Part shown: in pieces, positions 25,816-39,380 of the stretch
How the letters are laid out: each line of letters starts with the position of its first letter
How positions within the stretch are numbered: the stretch's first letter is position 1
Origin: Selaginella moellendorffii
Lineage: Eukaryota; Plantae; Lycopodiophyta
Assembly: GCF_000143415.4 (NCBI RefSeq)
Contig: NW_003314322.1
Coordinates: 94,886-158,885 of the forward strand
Direction: 5' to 3'
DNA length: 64,000 nt
Notes under the pieces: model-generated
Databases searched by the model: none
What the model saw: only the letters and a program-made list of their open reading frames with translations
Told to the model about the DNA's origin: nothing
Made by a program: the position numbers and the translations under genes

Positions 25816-28230
25816 GTAGATATAAAATTTTGTAAATGTAAATTAGTTTTCTGATTTAAAAATATACTTTAATGATTCTCTAAATTAATATTTGTTAATT
25901 TTTGAGGTTCTAATAATATTTCCTGAACTTGTGTTACTTAAGTGGTTAATAGATTTAACGTTTTGAGATTGTCATAGCTTACGACAAGTTTTGATTGAAG
26001 CCAAGCAGGCATTGTAGCCTTGAAGCCTTGGAGGACTTGTACCTTTTATGGAGCACAATCGGTCTGTGCCATACTGTCAACAGAAAGGCTTCTTAGTGTA
26101 GAAAATATTTTTAACAGTTAGAGAAAAACATGAATGACAACAGCGTAGCTATGTCCTGCCCCACCAAGGACATGACCGCATGGCAAGTGCTCGACCTCAA
26201 GCACGAATCTTGACATATCCATTCATGCTCTTGCCATTTGAAACAGGTCCTTTAGCCCAACATTCATGCTCCTAGCTGCATTCCTAGCTTTCTTACTGCT
26301 TAGATTCATGGTATCCAATGATAACATTCAGAGGTAGCCATGAGGTGCTGGTTTTTATCCTCTCAATGCTCAACATTGTTTTCTTTAGGGAAGAAGTATG
26401 TGGTCATGGCAGCTCCCAGGATCAAATAGTATCTCAGGGTTGAGTAATGGTAGAAAGTTCTAATCAAGTTTTACTGCTCATTCAATCTGGAAGCCTGCTA
26501 CTCATCAGGAAAAGGATTGGAAATCTAGGAGACACTATCTACTCCTAGAGAGGTCTCTGCTGGAACCAGCAATGCTATAGGTTGGGTCCAGAAAAATGCT
26601 GTTATGTCATCCCTCATAAAATATTATCAATAAAAAAATCTCATAAAATACATAAAAGGATCCATATTATAATTTATAATAATGAAGTTGTTATATATAT
26701 GACTTTTAAAATCTCATAAAAGGATCAATACTTTGATGAGAGAAAAATGCTGTTATGTCAAGTATAAGCCAGCTATGTTTTTTTCGAGAAACCTGTTCAA
26801 CTCCTAGGTGTCTTCAAGTTCTTCCATAATCTTCAGTACCTCCTGTTCGGTCTTAGATTTTTCTGTCTCATCAAAGCCCACAGTCTTCTCTTAGTAGCAG
26901 ATTTCTTCTTTTCCTTCTCAATTCAAGCTGTAGCGACTGCATCTTGGGTGTATTGTCATCACTTTTGTATTTTTCTGTTTCAAGAAAGCTTGTTTATTAA
27001 CACTAACTGCAGGCTTTCCATCTGCTCACATAACTCATTTGCTTCCTGCATTAAACAATATTAGCACCTCCATGTCCTGGCCAGCAATCTTCAGGTGGGT
27101 TGACATATTCTTGTCATCGTAAACACACCCGATCTGCATTCTTGATGGCAGCTCTAAGCATGCACTGGATTCTATATCACAGGCCTTTCTCTACTTATAT
27201 TGCCAAAAGAGTTCAATTGAAGATTATTAGGAGAGTTTTTTTTGACATTGCAGATATAGGTATTGGATGGTTTTTTGAAAACTCTTAGAAGCTACTTAGA
27301 ATTGCTATGTGCGGATGTATGCACTCACATGATCACAAAAGTTCTACCTAAAGATGAGCACAAGAGTCACAATTTTTAAAAAATTAAAAAGTTTTTATCT
27401 TGGTCAGTTGTTTGCTAATACTCAACTCTTCTTGGTATATACTAAGGCTGTTCTACCGATCTTTTGATAAGTGTACACTGGTAGGCGTGTAATTTTTTAT
27501 TTTTTTCTTGATTCCATTACACTTTTATCCAGTTGAGGGAGTGTATCTTCATTTATAAGAGAAATGTTTGAAACAAGAAAAAGAGAGCCACTCAATAGTG
27601 AGTTAATAGTTTTACAAAATGGAGAAAAAGAAGAAAAAATTCACCCAGATTGCCAGGGTTCAACCTTTAATGGCAATGAAGATGAACCTTGAAAGATGCT
27701 AGAAGATGGCAGAGATCACTGGGCATATCTCTACAGTAACAATTCTAACATCAGCAAAGGAAGAGAAAAACTTTCTCAAAGCAAGAAAACAAAAAAAAAA
27801 AAAAAAAAGAGTGGAGAAGGGAGAAAAAGACAAGCTCGAGGATTCAAGCTTAGGAAAGTAAACTTGAGAGGTTCAAGGTTAGGACTGTATTCCTAACCTT
27901 GACGTGAGCAGTAGTGACTATAAAAGTAGGACTTAGAATGTTTTTAGACGGATCCCTAATACAAAATACATTGCAATTCATCGTCTTTCTGCCTATCTCT
28001 TCGGCTCTTCACAATAATGTCTTACTTACCCACTGCCTTCAAGGGATCAAAGGCGTGGGACTAGCACCTTCAAGCACATGTTCACAGTCTCTACTTGGCT
28101 TGGCACAAGCAGGTAAGTGCACTCTTCTCGTAGTGTAGTTTTAGTTTTAGGGACTAGATTAGATTTGAATCTCCTAGGAAGATCTCGTGTGGACATTTCC
28201 TCCCAGTCCAGAGATTCCAGGAGTTTTCAC

Positions 28231-28247
28231 TAGCGACCACGGTGGGA
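28231..28247 (+). promoter_or_regulatory. PBS complementary to tRNA-Arg 3' end (first TGG mutated to TAG)
   Basis: T(A)GCGACCACGGTGGGA 1 nt after the LTR; resembles the complement of the plant tRNA-Arg(UCG) 3' end. Confidence 0.7.
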
Positions 28248-28607
28248 TACGGTGACGTGAAGAGCTCATGGAATAGAGCAGACCAAGACGCTCATTTTCC
28301 CCAAGACTTCAAGGAAAACGGACCAAAGACGCACAAGAAAATGGCATAGGAAGAAAAAGCCCCAAAAATCAAGAAAAACAAGACCGTAAAACAAAAACGG
28401 TGGAAGAGCATGAAGGAATGAAGAAAAAAATGGAGCGTAAGACCAAAAGATGAAGAACACTTGAAGATTGAAGCCACCCAAGTCGTGGAAAACTTGGAGC
28501 ATACGCGTAACTGTTTTTGGCGAGAGGTTGAAGAAAGCAAATATTCCAAGGATCTGCGATAAGGAAACGACTAAGGGGAAATTCTAGCGGCTGGAGATGG
28601 AGGAAGA

Positions 28608-30267
28608 ATGAAAAAGCACGACTGCCCATTTGGAGACACAAGTTGTACAAGATACGAAGACTGTCTTTTGTGTGGTTTCAGAAATTGTGCAAAACCGTAC
28701 AAGCAATGCTATCCAAAATGGCGATGCGACACTTGCAAGCAAGCAAAAACAAGACTCCGAATCAGGGATGAAAATGCCACAGCGGAGGAGAGTAGGAAAC
28801 AAGAAGAAATAGCCCAAGAAAACGACACCAAAAAGAGAGACGATAGTCTAGAACAAGCAGCGAAACAAAGCTTTAGTTGTTTACAAAAACTTCAAGAAAC
28901 GATTCTGCGACTCTTCTACAAATTGTCTAGCAAATAGGAGGGATGCAAAAATGAGGAAATGTTGAAAGAAAAATATGTTTACTTCGATTTCTTTGCAACT
29001 CGAAGAACCCTGACTTGGGTGTATCACGGACACCTCTTTCAACAAACGATTGTTGAATTCCTAGGCATACACAAGCATGAAACTTTTCAACCATTAACGC
29101 TTGCTTTCAACACTGATTTGACGAGAGTCATAGCAGCAACAGAGTGTGGAATTTTTGAACCACAAGTTCGCTGGTTTGTGGACACTCTTAGATTTAGAGA
29201 TTTCGAAGAGAACGTGGAATTACTTTATCGGCTTCTTCAAAGTCCTCTCCGTGTAATGCTACCAACGAGCACTCTTATTGAATTATATGCTATAGCATAT
29301 TGGCACCGTTTAGGACGGACGAGAATAGCTGGAGAATTAAGAAATCAAGGACAAAGCCATCAACAAATTCCAATTCGGAATTCGAGTTTAAGAAACCGAC
29401 GGGAACCTGAACTTGCATCAAGTTCAAGGGAACAACTTGTAAACTCAAGGATAACAAGTCGAAGGAGGAGAAATTTAAGACAGAATCACAATAGGCCAAG
29501 ATTAAATACAGTAACAAACTTCAACTTTGACACTGAGGTCCAACATCGAAACCCCAGCCTAGAGCTACATATCACTCGCAACCAACAAGGAAGAGTGCGT
29601 CCAAGCAGTCACAACATTTTAAGGAGTATTTTAGGAGATCCTGCGTCAAGGATTCAAACTTATAATGCAAGAGTATTAATTGAGACTATCCCTTGGGAAG
29701 TTCGTGAAGCGATCGACTCTGATCGTGAAAGAGAACGTGCTATACGACAGAGGGAAGTAGAACACCACCGGCAAGAACAGCATCAGGGAAATGCACCATC
29801 ACGCAATCGACCATAGAGAAAATTGCGCTGGATAAACCCGCGTACACATAGGCTTAAAGCAACAAGAATCTGTCGGAAACTATACTGTGACGTGTGGACG
29901 TCATTAGAGACTAGGAACATATGAGAATTAGGACATTAAAATACAACCACTGCTGTATTCAGCATTTACAAATACTACCAATGACTGGGAAACACAAACG
30001 CTCATAGTGAGAGCTCGCATTCCAGTACGACCAATATATTGTAAGAGACCAAAACAATTGTTCAAGAATTTAGATAAGATTGGACTCCTAAAGAGAGTTG
30101 CAATCGTTTGCATACCTGCTCGATCCCAAACTTGGAGAGCAGCACCAAATATCACTAGCGAACAGCTACATCAATCAATATATGACACAACCAACCTCCT
30201 TCCACAAACAAAATCGTACTTACTTACACCACCAGATTTTTCAAATACAAGACCTTTCCTAAGCTAG
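28608..30267 (+). pseudogene. Unknown retroelement ORF upstream of gag, Cys-rich N-terminus
   Basis: 28608-28937 and 28959-29816 are in the same frame separated by one TAG; the frame continues past 29816 and probably shifts into 30007-30267. Confidence 0.6.
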
Positions 30268-30324
30268 ACTCAGGAAAGTGACCTCGAGAAGAAACTCGGG
30301 AAGAATCAAGAAAGAAAAACTCGA

Positions 30325-30785
30325 TTGAAGACTCAAGACACAAGAGCTTGACTTCGCATTTCTACTACAAAACCAAACTTGCAGAAGACTCAAGACACAA
30401 GAGCTTGACTTCGCATTTATACAACAAAAACAAACTTGCAGAAGACTCAAGACATAAGAGCTTGACTTTGCAATCTATGAAGAACAACATTTGACTCCAG
30501 ACAACTTAGGCAAAACATAAATTCAGGAAACTTACCTCAACATTCAAGTTGAGAAGACTCAGCAAACTGAATGTACAAACACAAACCAGACCCAATCAAG
30601 ATCCGGAAAAGAAATCTTCGACAAAAGAATTGAGAAGTGAAAAAGGAAGGGATAGAAAAAGAGAAATGAGAAACGATATTAGAGAAGTACGACAAGGAGG
30701 ATAAAGAAATTCAAGTTGCCGAGTCGAGCAACTCAGCCAAGGAGGATAAAGAAATTCAAGTTGCCGAGTCGAGCAACTCAGCCAA
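30325..30785 (+). repeat. Short tandem repeats in the retroelement inter-ORF spacer
   Basis: ~3 x 56-60 bp gaagactcaagacacaagagcttgacttcgca (30325-30472) and 2 x ~47 bp caaggaggataaagaaattcaagttgccgagtcgagcaactcagc (30693-30785). Confidence 0.85.
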
Positions 30786-30921
30786 AGATAACAAAGAACT
30801 AAATAGTGAAGACGCCCCAAAGTTTGAGGCATTTGAAGAAGCTGAATACATAGTACCAAAGTTTTACTCCAATCCAGACTCACTAGAACAACAATTTCAC
30901 CAACAAAGTCTACAACTTCAA

Positions 30922-32973
30922 ATGGCAATCATCAATCCAGCGATAGCCATAGGGAACATGATTTCCTATCCCATTTTTACTGGTGGAAAAACCGAAGATG
31001 CAAACCAGCATCTTAAACAATTTGATCAAATTGTAAAGATGAACAAACAGGAAATGCATCGAGAAATACTTTTCCCATACATACTTAAAGGAAAAGCACT
31101 CGATTGGCATAATACACTCGATGATGCTTTGACCCATGATGAAAAGGTCACACAATTCAAGGAGCAATTCCAGACCGGTGGAACTCCAGAAGAACACTAT
31201 GAGATCATCAAAAACTTCAAGCAAAAATCACGTGAAGGAATTCAAGATTACACTCGAAGATTTAAGTTTCATGCAAAGCGCTGCAAGGATTTGATAACAG
31301 ATAAAGGAAAGAGCTTATCCTATATCCAAGGACTGAAAGAAATCTATAGAAACATGGTAGCAATTGCTGCTGCAACAGAGAATCCAGATGATGAAAGTGT
31401 TAATACACTCTCCAAAGAAATCCTCACGTTGGAAAAGTGATTCAAGCAATTCACAAAAGCTATACCTTCACAAACCGATGACGGTTCAGATGATGAAGAA
31501 GAGGAAGAAATACGCATTAAGACAAAGAAGAAAACACCAAAAGACCAAGACTTGAAGGATATAATTAGGAAAATCTCACAAACCGAACTCAAAGTAAGAG
31601 TGTGGTGTACAAAGTGTAAAAACGAGGGACATACATATTTGGAATGCAAATTACAGCTTCCAAAGTGTCAAATTTGTGAAAGAGAAGGCCATACAGCCAA
31701 GAAATGCCGATACAGGAATACAATGGAAGTTTCAAGAATCGAGAATGCTCCTCGACAAGAGCCCAATCCTCAATATCAAGGCAACTGGAATCAAAACGCG
31801 CGACCACCACGAAATCAACTTCCAAGATATAACAATTATTATCAACGTGATGATAATTTGTATAATCAAAGACAAAACTATTACCAGCGAGACAATAGCA
31901 ACTACAATAGAATACCCCCACAAGATCAAAGACCAAACAACTATACTGGAAATTATGGAAGAAACTACAATACATATCAGCAACGTGATGGACCTCATGA
32001 CAACTACCAATGTCCTCCCCCACGAAATTACAATTATGATCAAGAACCATATCGCAATTATAATCAAAGACCACCCCAGGCTCAAGGTTACAATTACAAC
32101 CAGCAACCTGCACTGCAGCAAGATAATCGTCCTCGACAACCTTACCAAAATGCAAATCACGATAATAACCAAAGAGTAAACAATCAGGCTCCGAGGCCAA
32201 GACCACCAGCAGCATGGAATGTTGAGGTGGAAATTGACGAACCACAAACTTTTGAAGAACCAGCAATACGAACTATCACGAGACAACAATACAAGTCTCA
32301 ACAACCAGATAATTTGGAAGAACAAGATCACGATGATGAACTGGAAATTATCCCAGAAACCGAATGGAAGAAAAGCAAGAAAATACTTAAAGCAATTCAA
32401 GCTGAATTGCAAGCACAAGATCCAGAAACAATCAAAGAACATGACAAACAATCAAACAATCAAGAAACAAGAAGTTTTACCCAAGAGGAGCTGGCACCTG
32501 TTCAGCAGAAAGAAAAGTTTCATGTGGAAGAGCAAGCTGAAGCAAGGTTGAAGCAAAACCTGGTGGAAGATGAACAGCCTGATCAGATTGAGCAACCAGC
32601 AGAAGAAGACGAAGACCTGCAGTGGATAAAGGAGTTTCAGACGCAGGAACTTGAGGTGGTGCTTCCGAAGTTTTGTGAGCAGACGGAGCAGAAGAAAAAT
32701 TCAGTGCCAGAGTTTGACGTGGAACAGGCAGCAGCTGGTCAAGCTGGCTTGGAGCAGAAAGCTGTTGTGAAGAAGAAAGAAGAAGATGTTAGACAACAAA
32801 GAGGTGTAGAAGTTCAGAACCTTGTGGAGCAGCCATCAAGAGGAGCTGTATACCCAGGCAAAAGTTTGAACTTGAAGGTGGCTGGTGTGAAGTTGGTGAA
32901 GAGACGAGGAAGTGTGTTTCTCAGGTTCTGGTGGGACAGAGGCAAGCTGGTTTCATCCTTTGTAGCTCTGTAG
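30922..32973 (+). pseudogene. gag with two CCHC knuckles and N/Q/Y-rich tail; one in-frame TGA at 31438
   Basis: FPYILKGKALDW, KQKSREGIQDYTRRF, YIQGL, CTKCKNEGHTYLEC, CQICEREGHTAKKC; the two ORFs share a frame. Confidence 0.88.
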
Positions 32974-34279
32974 GAGTAGAGGAAGTAAGTAGTAAAGCAG
33001 CAAAACTGAAAGCCATCCAAGAGAAGTTGTGGCTGTTTCAAGTCGGATGTTTAAAGTTTCGAGAAGAGGCGTTTGTGCAACTGATCTCGGGAAGAAGCTG
33101 GTCAAATTCAGATCACAAGACTTTGAGGAAGCAGCTCAGACTTATGAAGAGGAGGAAGAGGAGGAGCAACCACATGAGGGAACTACCCACGATGCAGCGA
33201 TGGAGTAGTGACTGCGGGACGCAGCACAAGGCAGTCGTGGGAGAGTGGAGAAGGGAGAAAAAGACAAGCTCAAGGATTCAAGCTTAGGAAAGTAAACTTG
33301 AGAGGTTCAAGGTTAGGACTGTATTCCTAACCTTGACGTGAGCAGTAGCGACTATAAAAGTAGGACTTAGAATGTTTTTAGACTTATCCCTAATACAAAA
33401 TACATGGCAATACATCATCATTCTGCCTATCTCTTTGGCTTTTCATGGCAATGTCTTACTTACCCACCGCCTTCAAGGGATCAAAGGCGTGGGACTAGCA
33501 CCTTCAAGCACTTGTTCACAGTCTCAACTTGGCTTGGCACAAGCAGGTAAGTGCATTCTTCTTGTAGTATAGTTTTAGTTTTAGGGACTAGATTAGATTT
33601 GAATCTCCTAGGAAGATCTCGTGTGGACGTTTCCTCCCAGTCCAGAGATTCCAGGGGTTTTCAGAGAGTGTAGACATTAAACATTTCTTCTCTTACCTAC
33701 ATTATCATAGAGCTTAAACAATGGAATTGCCAGCAATTTGAGATTCCTTAAACAGTTCTTTGAAACAGGACTGGAAAAACATGGAAACCATGGAAAGTTT
33801 GAAAAAAAAAGCCTTCCAGGACAGTTTGAATAGTTCTTTGAAACAGTTTGAGGAGAACCATGCAGAACTTCTTACACTCCTGACATAAGAAATAATAAAA
33901 TAAATGAGAAGATTATACAAAAGAGTTATGAGTAATGAAGAACAAAGATCGATACCTTTGGTTTGATGATGTGAGGAGGGCAGTAAAGATATGGCAGCGT
34001 CTCAAAGTTTGGTCTCTACCAAATTGCCACAAACTCTTCAAACTGGAAGAAATGGAAATGAACAAATCCAAAGCTCTTTATATCTTCATGTATTTCCATC
34101 ATACCTGTCTCAAGCTGGATTGAAGCTGCCATTGGATGCTCATGAGCTTCCTCTTCAATCCTTCCACCTCTAGTTAGCAGATTTATCAAAGTTACAAGAG
34201 ATTATGATGAAAGAAAACTTCTTTATTGTTTTTCTCCAAACTTGAGTCTTCCTTCGGGAAGCTTGAAAAACGTATTCCG

Positions 34280-35080
34280 CTGCTTGTGGGCGATGGTGGA
34301 CCCTACAAGATCTTTTTCCCTGTCCTTCGTGAGATCTTCGTCCCTGTCCCTCGCACCAACCTGCTCACCGACACTGGCTTTGACACTACGTACATGTGAG
34401 AAATCTCTGGTGGAGAATTCTTGTGCAACCTTGAGATCTTCTCACTGGTGATGCTGCTGCTGCTGCTGTGATTCCAACTTATCTATAGCATGAAATTGGC
34501 TCTACCATTGGGACTTCTAGACAGTCAAGGGCAAGAGACACTTTATAAATAATGTAGTATTACAACACAAATACAATTGAATCTGGCACCAATTCACTTA
34601 ATTTGTCCAGATATGGCCATGCCCACTATTCTTTGTTTGTCTTTCTTAGTTCTCTTTTTCTCTACGAGTTGGTGAAGTTGGATTGGATCCTACCTAGTGT
34701 GTCACAATAATTGATACATGTCCATAGGTGTGACGATGCTCCTTGTCTCCAGACTAATTGGATTTGTAGAGCACCGTGCCCCTGTAGAGAAACGCATGGT
34801 CATTAACCTGCTCTAGATCACCGCCACCATAGTGAAGCTCACCTTGCCACTGGGTTGAGCAGAAGTGATAGAGCAAACCAGTGACCTCATCAATCTCTGC
34901 TGCTTGTGGGTGAAGGCCAACCCTGCAAGATCTTCGTCCCTGTCCCTTGTGATATCTTCGTCCCTGTCCCTCGCACTGACCTTCACACCTGGCTGCTACG
35001 TACATGTGACTGATCCCAAACTCCTGGTGGATGGCCTTAAGATCTTCTTGCTGGTGATGCTGCTGCTGTGATTCCAACTC
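34280..35080 (-). repeat. Two diverged copies of an unidentified gene fragment (34280-34480, 34900-35080)
   Basis: Shared gatcttcgtccctgtccctcgcac and ctggtgatgctgctgctgtgattccaact blocks. Confidence 0.7.
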
Positions 35081-35389
35081 CAAATCTCCTCTCTCTCTCT
35101 CTCTATCTCTCTCTCCAGCCACTACTGTCATTTATCAGATACGTAGTGGTGCTCAAATTTTGTATCTTGGATTCACATGAGAATGATGTGATAGCAAAGA
35201 GCAAGACTTAGCTGTAGCATTAAGTCAACTCTACTATTAGGACTTCTAGATAGCCTTTCTGTCACCATACTACCATAAAAAACTGTGACAAAACCATACC
35301 CCAACCGAAGAATTTCCTCTAGCTTTGACAACAAAACTTACAAAGAACTATGATTACCTGTATCCCAAGATATTCATTGACTTTCTCCA

Positions 35390-35690
35390 AAAAGAATAGA
35401 TATCAGAGGTTCCACTCTGTAATCAGGACGAAAGGATAAATGTAAACACTGGTCACACAGAAGTATATTGATACCTATAGGTGAGAGGATCATATGGGTG
35501 AAATATGTTCATCATTTGCCTGCATGCTGGCTTTTTTTCTTCAATGCCTTCATCTTCCCAATACTCATGACCTGTTCTTATGCAAACACATTCAAACGAC
35601 ATTGCAAAGACCGTAAATCATACACATACCCGTTCCAAAGTATACATTATGGAGACTCAGAAACAGTGGCGATACTGTGAAAAATGTGAG
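35390..35690 (-). pseudogene. SGR2-like PA-phospholipase A1, DDHD domain fragment
   Basis: GHEYWEDEGIEEKKPACRQMMNIFHPYDPLTYR|VEPLI. Confidence 0.85.
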
Positions 35691-37769
35691 AACGAAACTT
35701 ATCACAGCCATAACATAAATACATAAGCACTCCTGGAAAAATGCATTGAAAAAAACTGGTTTACCCTAAAAAAAAACATTCCACCCTCAACTGTTTTTTC
35801 CCACATGTTTTCATCTCCACCATTAAGCTCGTAAAGAATCTCGATTGAATATGTCGCCCTTGCTCTCTTAAATATAGAAGGATGATATTGTTGCAATTAT
35901 TATCACTGTATAGGAAGTTATTACAGAAATTTAAGATGTCATTATGTGTGACAAAATTCCATTTTTCATTACTGCTCTAATCCCAATTTCCAATGCATGC
36001 CATTAATATTACCGCATTAGTAATAGAACTATTCAGTATCTACAGTATCAATAATTAAAAAGCTGTATTATTTGAATTTATCTGGATTATTGTGATATTT
36101 TTTAATATCATCATTTAAATTAATCATGGGAGGACCCTAGCATAAATTGTAACTTTTTTTTAAAAACCTATCTGCTATTTGTAAGACATGTTGTTTCTCC
36201 TTTTTCTCAATCTATTTTTAATTTTTATCGTGCTCATTGAATAGCCCAACACTTGATAAGACTTAACACCCAAGGAACTTCATGTGCTTGGATGTACCAG
36301 CAAGGACTCCTTAGCTTATGGAACTGCAGAAGGTAGCTCAAGTTTTTTTTTCATATCCAAGAAGAAGCTAACAAAGCTTTTTCTTGTAGTTTCTTAAGTC
36401 TTCAAGAGTAGTGTTTTCTAAAAAAATAATGATATTTTTGAGATATCCATAAGAATTGCATGTTTGGAATATCTACATCACCAAAGATTTCTCTAAATAG
36501 CAGAAAACAAATTACTTTCCAATATAAATACTACTATGTTTTTCATAAGATTAGCAACCTTCCTTATTCTTTCTTGCTTCAAATGCCAAATCCATTATAT
36601 GTTTTTTCTCTAAAATCCTTCTTTAGGCCAACTATCAACTTCTTATTTTTCTACTTACTACAAGGTCTCATCTTTTCTCATTTGCAATAATGTGTTAGCT
36701 TGGACTATTGAAATAGGAGATTGTGATCTTAGGATACCATTATTTGCACGAATTTACGATGTTAGTTTTTGTAGCAGTGGATTGTAACACATTTGTTAAG
36801 GACCCTTTGAAAGTAAGATTGAAATGGTGACCTTTGTGGCCTGAACTCATGTTTCTATGCTCCCTGCCACCACAAGCCATTCTAAGGAGGCTCCTGAATC
36901 TAGTGTCAGGCAATGCAACTGATGTTAGATCTCTTCCTCTTGCAAGGATATGTGTCTGTCTGGGTATTCGCAAAGGTGCTGAATCCAATTCTATTCTTCT
37001 TCCACATTTTGTCTTGGGTGATTCATTATTTGCTTTCATTGTTTCAGAGTGAAGTGGCAAGAGACTGACTTTTTTTTATGAAATCTCTGCTTGTGTCATT
37101 CTGACTTTGTAAGCATTGTTTTGTAGTCAAGCAAAGCCACAAAGGCTACAACAGGCAGTACAATGTACTCCTATTTAACTATTTATTAGAACAAGAAAAT
37201 ATCATACTACACCTTACTATTTCTCATTCCCTAGACATTCCTCAGATGCTGCTCATAGAATTCCAGAAGCTGTAACTTGACTCCATACAACATGAAAGAA
37301 GCAGTGAAAAAGTACCTTTCATAGGTTAAAGGTTTTTTCTCGTTATTGAAAGATATCCAGAGGAGGTTAACACTTCAGAGCCTCACAAGCGCCTCATAGA
37401 TTGCCCTTAAAGAGATGGTGTTCAGTTCTATGGTTCTTTAAGAATACCTACCAGTTTGTCTCTATCTTGAACATGTCATCATTAGGTCCATTGGAGAAAA
37501 GGGTAACCATAAATGTAGAGTTTTTATAAATAGTGTTTCCTTCAAAATACAGAAGCGACAGAGATGAATTAGAACAGTGGAGGCATGAGAATACATAGCG
37601 TATCATCTTGTATGAGGTACAATTCAGTAGAATACTTTTTTCTTTTTTAATTACAGAAGTTTTGAAACTCTTACAGAATAGTCTGGATGTGGCCTAAAGA
37701 AGAAATTTTGTATGAAGGAAAGTTTGTATGAAATTGGAAATGTCTATCTTCACTTTCTCAAGCACATCA

Positions 37770-38620
37770 TGGATTTTTCTTTAGGAAATCATCAGCCACA
37801 TGATGACATGAGCCGTTGAGTCGTGACCAGCATTCATGTACATGTTGAGCATGTCCTGGATAAGCTTGATGAGCTTTTGCCTCGGCCTGAAAATGAGAAA
37901 ACGTCACAAAGCTATGTACAACACATATGGCTTTGTTGTAGGCAGTGCCGAGGAAGTTGATGGGGAGAGCCTGAATGCCTTGGTTGACAATGTAGTAGAA
38001 GGAGAAAGTCTCTTCCATGTCGAGACTGGAGTCTTTCCCATATAAAATGTAGAGGACAGTTAGAAACGTGAACTGTCATATCAGAAAAAACCAGTGTCAA
38101 CAAAAAAACTAAGACAATTGCTTACTGGTAAGAAGAACGATCTTATCCTGCGTAGACCACCTCACAAGGGACGCTTTTATGTTGTTGACGATGAGGGGCA
38201 CATACTGCTTGAGAGCTTTGGGATTGTTCACAGCGGGTTTGGAGCTTCAAGTGGCTCTTTCCAGTTAACCCTGCAAACAAATTTCGTCCAATGAGCACAA
38301 CAGTGCTCTCCGGCCATCCTGTCTCAAAGCTGTCTTTACAAATTTGCATGCTGCCAGAACAGAAACGCCTTGTAAAACCCACTCGATTATACCTGAAACC
38401 AAGAAAAAGCGACAGTTAAACAAGCGAAAGAAAGTACAAGATCACTCAACTTTGCAATGTAGTCGGTCTTCCAGACTTGAAGCCTCTGAGAAAAGCAGCC
38501 ACGTTGCCAAAGATCCCGGTGGAAGTGGAGGCTGTCCCGGCTTGAGCACCGTCTCATGGTACCACTTTTTGAGAAAACTCGAGAATGTCAGGAAGGCAGT
38601 GACTGCCACACTGCTGTGGA
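37770..38620 (-). pseudogene. ent-kaurenoic acid oxidase (CYP88A/KAO)-like P450 fragment
   Basis: LPPGS..GNVAAFLRGFK, FETGWPESTVVLIGR, ALKQYVPLI, ALPINFLG.AY.KA, MYMNAGHDSTAHVIMW; deletions and frameshifts. Confidence 0.85.
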
Positions 38621-39099
38621 TTCCCAGTGAACAGCCTGGGATTTACTCAGCTGGCTATCTGGACAACTTGGAGGAAAAAGAAACCTTAAAATGGTATGGC
38701 ATTGGCGCTCAGATATGGCATCTGATCGATTGAGCGGTCAGTCACGTTCATATCAGTGGCTGCAGTGACGATAACTTGAGAGCGCCAGTGCACAAAGCTG
38801 CTGCATTGCCAGTGCGCTCCTCGCTGGGAAATTTCGAGCAAACACTGGATATTTCAATAGACTCCAAAACTGTAAAACAGCTATACAACACAAAATTTAG
38901 GATTTTATCCCACCCAGATCACTGCAAGAATACTGCAACCATAAACTCTCTGCCTTTCAGTTCTGTAACGATAGAAAATCTACAACAGAACAACATGGCA
39001 TTAGTGTTATAAAAAAAAAACTAAAGCGAGGGACAATGTAATCAAATTCTAAGGTTTTGCCTTGATCCAGCGAGCATCTGATGATGTGGGCGACATTTT

Positions 39100-39380
39100 G
39101 TCTAGCGTCCGGCTGCACAGCTTACGCTTGCCAGGCTTGTGAGGGATTAGCGAGCAGCATCTCTTGCCGATTGGCAAGAATCGGGTATTGCAGCCTCTTC
39201 GCACTCTCCTTGCTGCTCGCATGGATGCTGCATGACCTCACGTGAGAAAATCCCGTGTAAGTTCTTGTGATTTGCAACACCTACTTTTTTTTCGCTTGGA
39301 CCAGGGATTAATCACTTCCCTTACTCGCCTGGCAAGGATTTGTTTGGCACACAAGCTGTTCTACACATGAGAGCTTTGGG
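39100..39380 (+). pseudogene. Serinc/TMS membrane protein 5' fragment
   Basis: SSISCRLARIGYCSLFALSLLLAWML, INHF..SP..D.FGTQAVL. Confidence 0.75.

Larger units (their letters stand above)
27812..33663 (+). mobile_element. Non-autonomous LTR retrotransposon: extra ORF + gag, no pol
   Basis: 418-bp TG..CA direct repeats 27812-28229 and 33246-33663; PBS-like tagcgaccacggtggga; flanks AAGAG/GAGAG (imperfect TSD). Confidence 0.88.

Noticed and set aside
26150-26230. RING finger fragment (LPCGH) on the minus strand
   Set aside because: Remaining ligands are not recoverable in frame.
30325-30785. CRISPR-like array
   Set aside because: Eukaryotic context, near-identical inter-repeat sequence and no cas genes; ordinary retroelement tandem repeats.
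31438-31440. Programmed stop-codon read-through in gag
   Set aside because: The stop is mid-gag, before the zinc knuckles; a CGA-to-TGA transition is simpler. Cannot be excluded without other copies.
31589-32451. Long antisense ORFs (225 and 239 aa)
   Set aside because: Shadow frames of the compositionally biased gag tail.
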